Notes under the pieces: model-generated
What the model was told of the DNA's origin: nothing
What the model saw: only the letters and a program-made list of their open reading frames with translations
Databases searched by the model: none
NCBI GenBank assembly: GCA_964584035.1
Contig: CAZOYL010000030.1
Location: forward strand, 1-18,155
Length of the DNA: 18,155 nucleotides
Direction of reading: 5' to 3'
Origin: an uncultured Gemmatimonadota bacterium
GTDB taxonomy: Bacteria > SM23-81
Made by a program: the position numbers and the translations under genes
In this document: positions 8,011 to 16,285 of the stretch, piece by piece
Position numbering within the stretch: the first letter of the stretch is position 1
Layout of the letters: each line of letters opens with the position of its first letter

Positions 8011-10137
8011 ATGAGATATTCGGGATTGCTCGTCGCCGTCTGCACGGGATTGATCCTGGCCTCGGTTGCCGGTGGTCAGGCCGCGATCGATAACCAGCCG
8101 CTGGATGAGCTGGAAGCCCACCTTGAGACCCTGATCGGCCGGGCGGCGGGGCCGATGCCGGCCCCGCAATCTCTGGCTCATCGATTGGGTGATCCCGGGG
8201 CCGTCTTCGAATATGTCCGGGACCGGATCGCCTTTCAGGACTATCGCGGGCTTCTCAAGGGTCCCCAGGGAACTCTTCGGGCAGGGGCAGGCAACGATCT
8301 GGACCAGAGCCGGCTGCTGGTGGTGATGATCAATTCCCTGGGGGGCCGGTGCCGATATGCCCGCGGCCAACGAAGGAATGATGACGGCCAATGGATCGAG
8401 CACTACTGGGTGCAGATCAGAAACGGAGAGGCCTGGGAGGATCTCGACCCTTCCCTTCCCGAACTATGGAGCCGGGAGGGCCTTCTCAAAGCCGGGGACA
8501 CCATGACGGCGCTTCCTGCCAGTCTGATGCACAAGGTTCGCCTGGATGTCATCTTCCGGGTGAAGGAGTCGGGCCGGATCTCGGAGCGTTCGGCGCTGGT
8601 CAAGGAATTCGACATCGCCGAGCTGTTCGGCGCATCGCTGACCCTTTCGAACCGGTTCGACGGCCGCACGGAAGACGGTCGCTTTGTCCTGGAGGTCTTT
8701 CAGCCGGTGCTGGAGCTGGGAGATGAGCTCTTTTGGGGAGAGATGATCCCGGAAGGAGGGGGGCACCAGCCGCCTGCGGCGGCGGACCGCCTGAAGGGCG
8801 TTTTTGAGCGGACCCGGAAAGCCGCCGAGCCGTCACCGGAGACGCGGCCGGCCGTGGAGGTCGTCGCCGAGCGCGTGGATATCAAATTGACATCGCCGGA
8901 GGGACGGCCGGACCGGTTCGCCTACACCGTTTTCGACCGAGAGGAGGAGGATGCCGGGGACCGCGGGGCGCTGGACGGCCTGATCAATGCCGTGGCCTTC
9001 GGCTTCTCACCGGTGCCGCTCAACGAGGAGTTGGCCCGAAGTCAGCTGCTCAACGATGCCGCCAATATCCGGCTGATGATCGAATCGCTGCGCCGCATCT
9101 CGGCCCCGGACTTTTCACCCGCCGATCCGCCCGAGCGCCTTGGCCCGGAGGATCGGGCCGGGATCAATTTGGCCCTGGAGGCGGGAAACCGGTCGATGGC
9201 TCAGGCGGTGTTGATGAATTATCTGTGGCGTTCCGACGAGGCCCTGAACGATCTGGCGGTTCCCTTTGAGGCCTCGGCCTTCCGGGGCGCTCCCCGGGCG
9301 ATCATGGCCTCGGTGACCTTCTGGGGCGATCGCCTGCGGTATGATCTCGACCTGCGGCGGAATCCGGCCACCTACGTGCTGCCCGAGGGAGTCTCCGGCG
9401 AATGGTCCCGCTTGCTCAACTATCATCGGGGTCTCTACGAATCGCGCCTGGAGGGCGCGGTGATGATGTCCTTCACCGGTCAATCCGGGATGACGGCCGG
9501 GGATGTGCTGGCTGCGGCTGGGGAGCAGGGCATTGCCCTGCGGGTCATCGTCCGAAAGAACCGTCGCGATCTGGCCTCCCTGCCCCTGGTGCAGAGAACC
9601 AAATCCGAGATCAACCGGGCGCTCAATGCCGGCAAGACGGTCCTGCTGCCGGAGCGCCCGGCCGTACTGACCGGCAGCGAGCAGATGGCCTGGTTCGAAT
9701 TCGATCCGGCCACCGGATATATCGACGGCGTCTTCCCCTCTGGCAAGCACCAGGCCATGACCGAGTACATCTTAGAGGACATCGTCGTCAAGGGTCTGGT
9801 GTCTCAGGCCATGTCCTACCTGGTCTCCACGGTGGCCGGCTACTATTTCAGCATCGCCACCGGGCTGGGGCACTTCTACGCCTGCCTGCTGGACCTGGAG
9901 ACGCCCAACACGCCCTGCTTCGGCACCGGCGAGGTCTGCGGGCCGGCCAAGTCCGACGCGGTCATGTTCTGCACCGCCTTTAAAAACGCCCAGCAGGGTT
10001 TTGAGCTGGCCAGTGGTTGGGCCAGCACGGACATCACCGGGATGTTCCCCTGGCCCAATGCCTGGGAGGCGTTGGCCGGGGAACCCTGCGCGCGCGGGGC
10101 TTCCTATGGACTGAAAATCTTTGGCTGTGGAAACTAG
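8011..10137 (+). CDS. Secreted protein with N-terminal transglutaminase-like domain and Cys-rich C-terminal tail, 708 aa
   Basis: AGGAGG at 7998-8003, then signal peptide MRYSGLLVAVCTGLILASVAGGQA. VFEYVRDRIAFQDYRGLLKGPQGTLRAGAGNDLDQ...CRYARG...EHYWVQ...WEDLDPS matches the transglutaminase-like motif order. Confidence 0.75.
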   Translation: MRYSGLLVAVCTGLILASVAGGQAAIDNQPLDELEAHLETLIGRAAGPMPAPQSLAHRLGDPGAVFEYVRDRIAFQDYRGLLKGPQGTLRAGAGNDLDQSRLLVVMINSLGGRCRYARGQRRNDDGQWIEHYWVQIRNGEAWEDLDPSLPELWSREGLLKAGDTMTALPASLMHKVRLDVIFRVKESGRISERSALVKEFDIAELFGASLTLSNRFDGRTEDGRFVLEVFQPVLELGDELFWGEMIPEGGGHQPPAAADRLKGVFERTRKAAEPSPETRPAVEVVAERVDIKLTSPEGRPDRFAYTVFDREEEDAGDRGALDGLINAVAFGFSPVPLNEELARSQLLNDAANIRLMIESLRRISAPDFSPADPPERLGPEDRAGINLALEAGNRSMAQAVLMNYLWRSDEALNDLAVPFEASAFRGAPRAIMASVTFWGDRLRYDLDLRRNPATYVLPEGVSGEWSRLLNYHRGLYESRLEGAVMMSFTGQSGMTAGDVLAAAGEQGIALRVIVRKNRRDLASLPLVQRTKSEINRALNAGKTVLLPERPAVLTGSEQMAWFEFDPATGYIDGVFPSGKHQAMTEYILEDIVVKGLVSQAMSYLVSTVAGYYFSIATGLGHFYACLLDLETPNTPCFGTGEVCGPAKSDAVMFCTAFKNAQQGFELASGWASTDITGMFPWPNAWEALAGEPCARGASYGLKIFGCGN

Positions 10138-10146
10138 GAGGGATCG

Positions 10147-12981
10147 ATGCGGAATATCACGGGTTGTCTTCGCCTGCCGGGTCTCGTTCTCCTGGTCTGT
10201 CTGGCATGCTCCATTTTCCCCGCTGTTGCCGCGAACATCCAGGAGCAGGAGCCTAACGACAAACTTGATCAGGCCCAGCCTCTGATCCTTCCCTGCGAGA
10301 TCTCCGGTTCCTTCGCCGGTTGGGCCGAGAAGGACATCTATTCCTTCACCGTGCCCCCGGATGGGCTGCCCACGTTATCCGTTGTGTTGACCAACAGGAG
10401 CGATCTCAATCCGACCCTGGAATTGCTGGACGGCAGCGGCAGCCCCCTGACCAAATCCGATTTTTTCGGCAAGGGCCTGGGGGAATATCTCACCAGCCTG
10501 AAATTAGAGCCGGGGACTTATTACCTCCAGGTCAATCGACATGGCTCTAAAGCGGAAGAGGGCTTGCCTTACGCGCTCAGCGTGGGTCCGGCGCCGGATG
10601 TCAGCCCCGAGGAGGTAAAAGCGGCCCTCAACAGGGCGCTGGACTATCTCGTTTCCCAACAGGGGGAGGATGGCGGCTTTCCGATCGTCAAGCTGGGCAT
10701 CGCCTCGGCCCCGGCCTTCGTCATCCAGGCGCTGCTGGGAGCCGAGTGCCTGGAGCGGGACGATTGGGAGGCCATCTACTCGGCCATCGATTTCATCAAG
10801 TCTTATTACAAAGATCCTTCAGATTATAAGAATGACCGGCATGGGCTGCTGCACGCCGGGACCATCTTTTCTAACAATTTAATGTACGAGCACGGCATTG
10901 CCCTGACGGCCCTGATCGAGGCCTATGCCTGCGGCGCCGGAGACGAGCTGGCCGATATCATTCACCAGGGGCTCGATTTTCTGTATCGCGCCCAGCTGAC
11001 CGAGGATCGGCCGGCCGTACTCAATGGGCCCATCGGGACGGATTCTAAATATTACGGCGGCTGGCGTTATGCCGCCGATGCCCAGGATGCCGATCTGTCG
11101 GTGTCCGGATGGCAGATCATCGCCCTGACGGCGGCCCGTTACGCCGGGTTTGATGTCCCTCAGGACCGCCTGGACAAGGCATTGACGTTCGTCCGCCGCT
11201 GCTGGAAGGAAAGTGACGGGGAGTTTGCCTACATGCCCGACGGACAGGTGGTCACCGGGCGAAACGCCATGGCGGCCCTCTCCATGCAGCTGCTGGGCGC
11301 CGGCGATGACCTCCTGGTACAGCGGGCCCTGCGGACCATCCTCACCCGGGCGCCGGCCTGGGAGGGCGAGCCCTACGGTGAATATCCTTTTTACTACTGG
11401 TACTATGGCTCCCGGGCGGCTTATCTGGCCGGCGGTGAAACCTGGGAGCTGTGGCAGCAGGCCGCCTGCGGCATGCTGGTCCGCCATCAAAACCCCGACG
11501 GCAGCTGGGCCCTGAACCACAAGGAGGCTCACAAGCTGGATCCGGTGTACGGCACTTCCCTGGGAGCCCTGATCCTGGAGATCTGTTGCGGAAGCCCGCC
11601 CATGTACCTGCGCGCCGACCGGGCCCCGTCCCGAAAGGCGCCCCCGCGGAACCAGATCAGCGTTGCCATCGAATATCCAGAAGCCGATGCCCGGGTTCAA
11701 GGGCTGGTGGAGATCACGGCCGTTCCGGAGGTCCCCCAGGGCACGACGGTCTCCCGGATGGTTTTCTCGGTGGACGGCCGGGAGCTGGGAACGCTGACCG
11801 AGGGCCCCTGGGTCTGGCCGGTCGAGCTGGGTCCCGGGATACAGACGCACACGTTTACGGTGCTGGCCGAGAATGATCTGGGCAAGCAGGCCGGCGATGC
11901 GGTCACCACCCGGGCCGGGCAGGATCGGATCGGTGTCCGCATCGTGGCTCCCCGTGCCGGCGTCGTTCTGGGATTGCGGGAGCTGTTCGTCCGGGCCAGC
12001 GACCACCCAGATTCGCCGCTCAGCAGCCTGGTCGTAGAGGTAGATGGACAGGAAGTCTACCGGGGAAGCGAACCGGAGGTGAAGATCCAGTACGATTTCG
12101 GCACGGTGGGCGGCCAGCAAATCGCGGCCCGGGCGGTCAATGCCCTGGGAACCGAGGCCGAGGACCTCGTCAGCCTGCCGGAGGAACGGCCATTGGAAGT
12201 GGATTTTGCCGCCACGGTGATCGATGCCGGCAACAACTATATTCTCGACCTGGAGAAGGAACAGTTCGAGGTCCTGGAGGATGGCATTCCCCAGACCATC
12301 GTTCGCTTCAGCCGGGAGCTGACGCCGGTCTCCATGGCCGTTGTCATGGACGTCAGCGGCAGCATGAAACGGCACCTGAACGGCGTCCAGGAGGCCGCCG
12401 GTCAGTTCGTCTCCCAGATCCGTCCGGAAGACCGGGTCATGATCATCGAGTTCTCCGATCAGGCCAGGATGGTGCAGCCGTTCACCGCCGATATCGACCA
12501 GTTGAACCGCGTGATCCGTAAAAGCCGGGCGCAGGGCGGCACGGCCCTGTACGATGCCGTGGCCATGGCCTGCGATCAGCTCAAACGCCAGCAGGGTCGA
12601 ACAGCCGTCATTCTGCTCACCGACGGCAAGGATGAGGACAACAAGGGCACCAAACCCGGCAGCCGGCATACCTTCGAAGAGGCGGTCGAGGCGGCTCGGG
12701 AGAGCGGCGTGACCGTGTATGCTCTGGGCCTGGGAAAGGGCGTGGCCACCGAGGTACTGGAGGAGTTGTCCCGGAAAAGCGGCGGCCGGGCCTATTTCCC
12801 GCCCACGGTGGAGGATCTGCGGGAAGTTTACGGGCTGGTGGCCAAAGAGCTGCGCAGCCAGTATACTCTGGGATACTCTTCCGCCAACCGCCTTCGGGAC
12901 GGAGCCTGGCGTCAGCTTGAGGTGACCGTGCCTGGAGGCGACTATCAGGTTCGGGCTAAAGAGGGGTATTTTGCGCGATGA
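10147..12981 (+). CDS. Secreted multidomain protein: PPC-like domain + prenyltransferase/squalene-cyclase-type alpha-alpha toroid repeats + 2 Ig-like domains + VWA, 944 aa
   Basis: GGAGG RBS and signal peptide ending AVAA. EQEPND...DIYSF; ALDYLVSQQGEDGGF, GGWRY...DLSVSGW, YYWYY, LVRHQNPDGSW; two beta-rich x-V-D-G modules; VWA with intact MIDAS (DVSGS, GGT, LLTDG) and YTLGYSS...DGAWRQLEV...GYF tail. Confidence 0.85.
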   Translation: MRNITGCLRLPGLVLLVCLACSIFPAVAANIQEQEPNDKLDQAQPLILPCEISGSFAGWAEKDIYSFTVPPDGLPTLSVVLTNRSDLNPTLELLDGSGSPLTKSDFFGKGLGEYLTSLKLEPGTYYLQVNRHGSKAEEGLPYALSVGPAPDVSPEEVKAALNRALDYLVSQQGEDGGFPIVKLGIASAPAFVIQALLGAECLERDDWEAIYSAIDFIKSYYKDPSDYKNDRHGLLHAGTIFSNNLMYEHGIALTALIEAYACGAGDELADIIHQGLDFLYRAQLTEDRPAVLNGPIGTDSKYYGGWRYAADAQDADLSVSGWQIIALTAARYAGFDVPQDRLDKALTFVRRCWKESDGEFAYMPDGQVVTGRNAMAALSMQLLGAGDDLLVQRALRTILTRAPAWEGEPYGEYPFYYWYYGSRAAYLAGGETWELWQQAACGMLVRHQNPDGSWALNHKEAHKLDPVYGTSLGALILEICCGSPPMYLRADRAPSRKAPPRNQISVAIEYPEADARVQGLVEITAVPEVPQGTTVSRMVFSVDGRELGTLTEGPWVWPVELGPGIQTHTFTVLAENDLGKQAGDAVTTRAGQDRIGVRIVAPRAGVVLGLRELFVRASDHPDSPLSSLVVEVDGQEVYRGSEPEVKIQYDFGTVGGQQIAARAVNALGTEAEDLVSLPEERPLEVDFAATVIDAGNNYILDLEKEQFEVLEDGIPQTIVRFSRELTPVSMAVVMDVSGSMKRHLNGVQEAAGQFVSQIRPEDRVMIIEFSDQARMVQPFTADIDQLNRVIRKSRAQGGTALYDAVAMACDQLKRQQGRTAVILLTDGKDEDNKGTKPGSRHTFEEAVEAARESGVTVYALGLGKGVATEVLEELSRKSGGRAYFPPTVEDLREVYGLVAKELRSQYTLGYSSANRLRDGAWRQLEVTVPGGDYQVRAKEGYFAR

Positions 12982-13775
12982 CCGCGACTCGTGCCTTTCG
13001 TGTCGCCACCTTCAATGTCAATTCCATCCGCTCCCGGATGGAGATCGTGCTGGGCTGGCTGAAGGCGCACCGGCCCGATGTTCTCTGCCTGCAGGAGATC
13101 AAGGTCCAGGACGCCGATTTTCCGGCCGGGCCGATCGAGGCGGCCGGGTATCACGTGGTCTTTAAAGGACAAAAGGCTCACGCCGGGGTGGCCATTATCA
13201 GCCGGGAGGTGCCCCGGGAGGCGGCCTGGGGTTTGGACGACGGCGGCCCTCCGGACGAGGCCCGCCTGATCCGGGCCACCATCGCTGGAATTCCCGTGGT
13301 GAACACCTACGTGCCCCAGGGGCGCGCGGCGGACTCGCCGCACTTTCAATACAAGCTAAAATGGCTGGAGCGGATGCAGCGCTTCTTCGAACGCCATTAC
13401 TCGCCCGGTCAGCCGCTGTTGTGGATGGGCGACCTCAATGTGGCCCGCGAACCGATCGACGTGCACGATCCTGTCCGGCTGAAGGATCACGTCGATTTTC
13501 ACCCTCTGGCCCGCGAGGCGCTGGAGAAGGTCCGCCGGTGGGGGTTTGAGGACGTTTTTCGCCGGCATCATCCCGGGGAAGCGGACCAATACAGCTATTT
13601 CGATTATCGGCTGAAGAACGCCATGGATCGGAAGGTCGGCTGGCGGGTGGACCATATCTTCGCCACCCGGCCGCTGGCCGAGCATTCCCTCGATTCCTGG
13701 ATCGACCTGAAACCGCGCCGGATGGAACGGCCGTCCGACCACACCGTGCTGGCGGCCGATTTCCGGATAGGCTGA
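12978..13775 (+). CDS. xth: Exodeoxyribonuclease III / AP endonuclease
   Basis: ATFNVNSIRSR, LCLQEIK, YVPQG, GDLNVA, GWRVDH, PSDH. ATGA overlap with the upstream gene. Confidence 0.96.
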   Translation: MTATRAFRVATFNVNSIRSRMEIVLGWLKAHRPDVLCLQEIKVQDADFPAGPIEAAGYHVVFKGQKAHAGVAIISREVPREAAWGLDDGGPPDEARLIRATIAGIPVVNTYVPQGRAADSPHFQYKLKWLERMQRFFERHYSPGQPLLWMGDLNVAREPIDVHDPVRLKDHVDFHPLAREALEKVRRWGFEDVFRRHHPGEADQYSYFDYRLKNAMDRKVGWRVDHIFATRPLAEHSLDSWIDLKPRRMERPSDHTVLAADFRIG

Positions 13776-13883
13776 GGATCGGCGGAGGAAAACGGGCGTC
13801 GCCCGGACAGCCGCTTTCTTTGACCAGGAAGATGTTCATACACCGGAAAAGGGTGAAGGTGACATGCGCTCAGGAGGATCCTC

Positions 13884-14495
13884 ATGAAACCGAAAGAGGG
13901 TGAGGACGTCATCATCAGCCCCGATACGCAGCGTGACCAGCGGGTGCCGCCGGGGCAGCGGCTGACGCAGCACTGGCCGGTTCTCCATGCCGGCAAGATT
14001 CCGGAGTTCGATCCGGAGAGCTGGAAGTTCCGCATCTTCGGACTGGTCGAGGAGGAGGTGGAGCTGACCTACCAGGAGTTCCGGGCCCTCCCCATGGTCA
14101 AGGTTTACTCCGACATCCACTGCGTCACCGGCTGGTCCATGATGGACTTTATCTGGGAGGGCGTCGCTGTGGAGGAGATCGGCAAACTGGCCAGGATATC
14201 GGAGGAAGCCAAATACGTCATGGTCCACGGATTGGGGGGATATACCACCAATATTCCTCTGAAGGATTTCTTTCAGACAGACGTCCTTTTCGCCCACCGG
14301 GTTGACCAGGAGGATCTGTCGCCGGAACACGGCTATCCGCTGCGTCTGGTGGTGCCCCGGCTGTATTTCTGGAAAAGTGCCAAGTGGGCCAGCGGAGTGG
14401 AGTTCATGAAGAAGGACCGGCCCGGCTTCTGGGAGGAATACGGCTACCACATGCACGGCGATCCGTGGAAGGAAGAGCGGTACGGAGGGAGGTAG
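13884..14495 (+). CDS. Cytoplasmic sulfite-oxidase-like molybdopterin-dependent oxidoreductase (YuiH-like), 203 aa
   Basis: RVPPGQ, DIHCVTGWS (Mo-ligand Cys), EHGYPLRLVVPRLYFWKSAKW, GFWEEYGYH...GDPWKEER. AGGAGG RBS; no Tat signal. Confidence 0.92.
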   Translation: MKPKEGEDVIISPDTQRDQRVPPGQRLTQHWPVLHAGKIPEFDPESWKFRIFGLVEEEVELTYQEFRALPMVKVYSDIHCVTGWSMMDFIWEGVAVEEIGKLARISEEAKYVMVHGLGGYTTNIPLKDFFQTDVLFAHRVDQEDLSPEHGYPLRLVVPRLYFWKSAKWASGVEFMKKDRPGFWEEYGYHMHGDPWKEERYGGR

Positions 14496-14501
14496 ATGTA
14501 C

Positions 14502-14536
14502 AAGTAACCAGTATGCAGTAGGCAGTAAACAGGAAG
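14502..14536 (+). repeat. Five degenerate 7-bp tandem repeats (consensus CAGTAnn)
   Basis: AAGTAAC CAGTATG CAGTAGG CAGTAAA CAGGAAG read directly. Confidence 0.65.
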
Positions 14537-14632
14537 AGCGAAAAGGTACCGCTTGAGACAGCGTTCAGTTTGACCTTTCATGATCCCAGAAATCCATCGA
14601 TCGATTCACGAATACCGTTTGGCGGCAATAGT

Positions 14633-14665
14633 AAAGGCCTCCCTGGTAGTCCAGAGAGGCCTTTT
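14633..14665. terminator. Probable bidirectional terminator between the convergent oxidoreductase and serpin transcripts
   Basis: AAAGGCCTC-C-CTGG-TAGT-CCAG-A-GAGGCCTTTT; can be extended by GGCGGCAA (14621-14628) pairing with TTGCCGTC. Confidence 0.7.
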
Positions 14666-14742
14666 GCCGTCCAGCGGTGTGCCGGATATGCTGCTAGATG
14701 CTGGCGACCAGCGACACCCGAATGGTTCTCAGCCCGCCGGGC

Positions 14743-14910
14743 TCAATCCTGTGTGGGATCGACGATCTCAGCGATACAGTATCGGCTATCCCGCTTTGGG
14801 GTCTAGGAAGCTGCCGATAACGGCGTAATGACTATTCCGCTGTCGGGTCCGGGGTCTTGCCAAGAAAGTTTCACTTATCCTGCTGTCGGGTCTATGATCT
14901 TGCCGATAAA
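14743..14910 (-). repeat. Tandem array of 36-nt units: the 3' end of serpin A plus three degenerate downstream copies
   Basis: Units 14875-14910 (FIGKIIDPTAG*), 14832-14867 (FLGKTPDPTAE*), 14786-14821 (VIGSFLDPKAG*), 14743-14778 (CIAEIVDPTQD*). Hand-counted ungapped identity to the gene end: 27/36, 27/36, 22/36. Confidence 0.85.
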
Positions 14911-16140
14911 GAGAATCGTCCCCGACTTGTTCTCCCGGATGATGAACACAAAGGGCCGGTTGGCCCGGAAAACGGGGGTTTCGGGGATGCCGGTGTACTC
15001 CATCTCCACCGAGGTGACCGCCGCCGCCTCGGTGCCCTCCTCGTTTACTTCCAGGAAGGTTTTGTGCTTGACCTTGCCGATCCATACGGGCATGTCCTGA
15101 TACATCTTGGTGAAATCCGCCTGCCCGGGCGAGAAGGCGACGCCCATGCCCAGCGCCGTCAGATCACGCTTCAGTTCTCGTTTGTACTCTAACTTGAACC
15201 TGGGGATAAACACGTCGATGGAATCGCTGGTCATCTGACCCAGCCAGGCGGCGAGGTTTTCCGGGTTCATCCGGGTGATCAGATCGTCGGGATCCAGGGA
15301 TTGCTGGGGGGTGAATAAGGTCATGCTGTATGATCCGTCGCCATAGGGCAGGTCGACGGCCATGAAATCGTCATTGAGAAGATAGCCGTGCACGGCCTTC
15401 TGGGACATCAACGGGCAGGTCGTCGTGGAGCCGTCTAACAGATGGAACGGTTCATCCTGCGTCTGATTTTCGTCGAACTGGTAAATCCAGCTTCCCTTGA
15501 AGTAGATCGCGTTGATCAGGAAGGTGCAGATGGAAGGATCGATGGGGTCATCGACGATTTCCTCGATCTTTCCGTTGGTGTTCTCCTCCACCCAGGCGTT
15601 GATGGTCGGGGCCGCCTCGGGCAGGCTGAAGTCGAGGCCGGTCACCAGGGCGTCGAAATACTGCTGGCAGCGCTGCAGGAAATCGGCTTCCGGCTCCGGA
15701 AGATCGGGCTGTTTGTACCAGATGGAGTTGGCGATGTCGAACTGCACCTGGGGATCCAGCCCGGTCAGCAGTTCGATGAGATGACGGTATGATTCGTTGA
15801 TCTGTTCTGACGTTAGCCCCGAGAGCGCCAGAGTCCGCTCCATGGCCTGCTGCGTTTCGCCGTCGGCGCCGTTGAGTGTCATGCCCAGGGCCATGGAGAT
15901 GCTCAGCGGGGAGATAAACAGATTGGAGTCGCCCTGAACCGCGTTGATCTCTCTGAACAGTTTCAGCCCGAACTCGTTGTCCGACTCGATGAGGGCCTTC
16001 TCCGCCTGGCTGAGATCGATCGATTGAGACCCCGGTGAAGATGTGGTCGGATTCTCCGAGCACTGCCACAGCAGAATTGCCAGAAGAGCCGTCAGCGCCA
16101 GAGTCGACCACCGGCTCCGGTTTCGTTTTTGGGTCAACAT
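14875..16140 (-). CDS. Serpin (I4 protease inhibitor), probable lipoprotein; serpin A, 421 aa
   Basis: NLFISPLSISMALGM, INAWVEENTNGKI, LINAIYFKGSW, hinge EEGTEAAAVT, FRANRPFVFIIRE...ILFIG. GGAGG 8 nt before ATG 16140, so the longer 16236 ORF start is unlikely. Signal ends ILLWQ-C. Confidence 0.96.
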   Translation of the reverse strand: MLTQKRNRSRWSTLALTALLAILLWQCSENPTTSSPGSQSIDLSQAEKALIESDNEFGLKLFREINAVQGDSNLFISPLSISMALGMTLNGADGETQQAMERTLALSGLTSEQINESYRHLIELLTGLDPQVQFDIANSIWYKQPDLPEPEADFLQRCQQYFDALVTGLDFSLPEAAPTINAWVEENTNGKIEEIVDDPIDPSICTFLINAIYFKGSWIYQFDENQTQDEPFHLLDGSTTTCPLMSQKAVHGYLLNDDFMAVDLPYGDGSYSMTLFTPQQSLDPDDLITRMNPENLAAWLGQMTSDSIDVFIPRFKLEYKRELKRDLTALGMGVAFSPGQADFTKMYQDMPVWIGKVKHKTFLEVNEEGTEAAAVTSVEMEYTGIPETPVFRANRPFVFIIRENKSGTILFIGKIIDPTAG

Positions 16141-16207
16141 GTCCATCACCTCCTGATCATCGATATCCCGCGGGGGAGCGAAGGTCTCTTTGACACGAAG
16201 GGCGGGT

Positions 16208-16285
16208 GCCAGCTGTCGTGTCAATTGCTTTGCCAAGAAAGTTGATACGTTATCCAGCCGTCGGGTCCATTATTTTGCCCAGAAA
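16208..16285 (-). repeat. Direct repeat: 3' end of serpin B and a degenerate downstream copy
   Basis: 16253-16285 (FLGKIMDPTAG) versus 16208-16240 (FLGKAIDTTAG); 26/33 nt identical, 45-nt period. Confidence 0.8.

Noticed and set aside
10600..11600. Squalene-hopene cyclase or thioester-containing protein
   Set aside because: No DxDD, only one toroid, secreted context, and no CGEQ motif.
302..12669. Long antisense ORFs (302..1828, 3750..5396, 10879..12669 and similar)
   Set aside because: Shadow frames of GC-rich genes on the opposite strand, with no motifs of their own.
14537..14828. ORFs 14570..14806 and 14580..14828, or a four-helix-bundle remnant
   Set aside because: No RBS or recognisable motif; they cross the terminator hairpin and the antisense of the repeat array.
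14790..14856. c-di-AMP or c-di-GMP riboswitch resemblance (CCCGGACCCGACAGC on minus; GGGTCTA on plus)
   Set aside because: It lies downstream of convergent genes, other consensus elements are missing, and the match is explained by the serpin DPTA codons.
14743..14910. CRISPR array interpretation of the periodic repeats
   Set aside because: Linkers are only 7-10 nt, units are too divergent, the unit is the serpin coding end, and no cas genes are present.
14743..14910. Diversity-generating retroelement template/variable repeats
   Set aside because: No reverse transcriptase in the window, units are very short, and mismatches occur at C, T and G as well as A.
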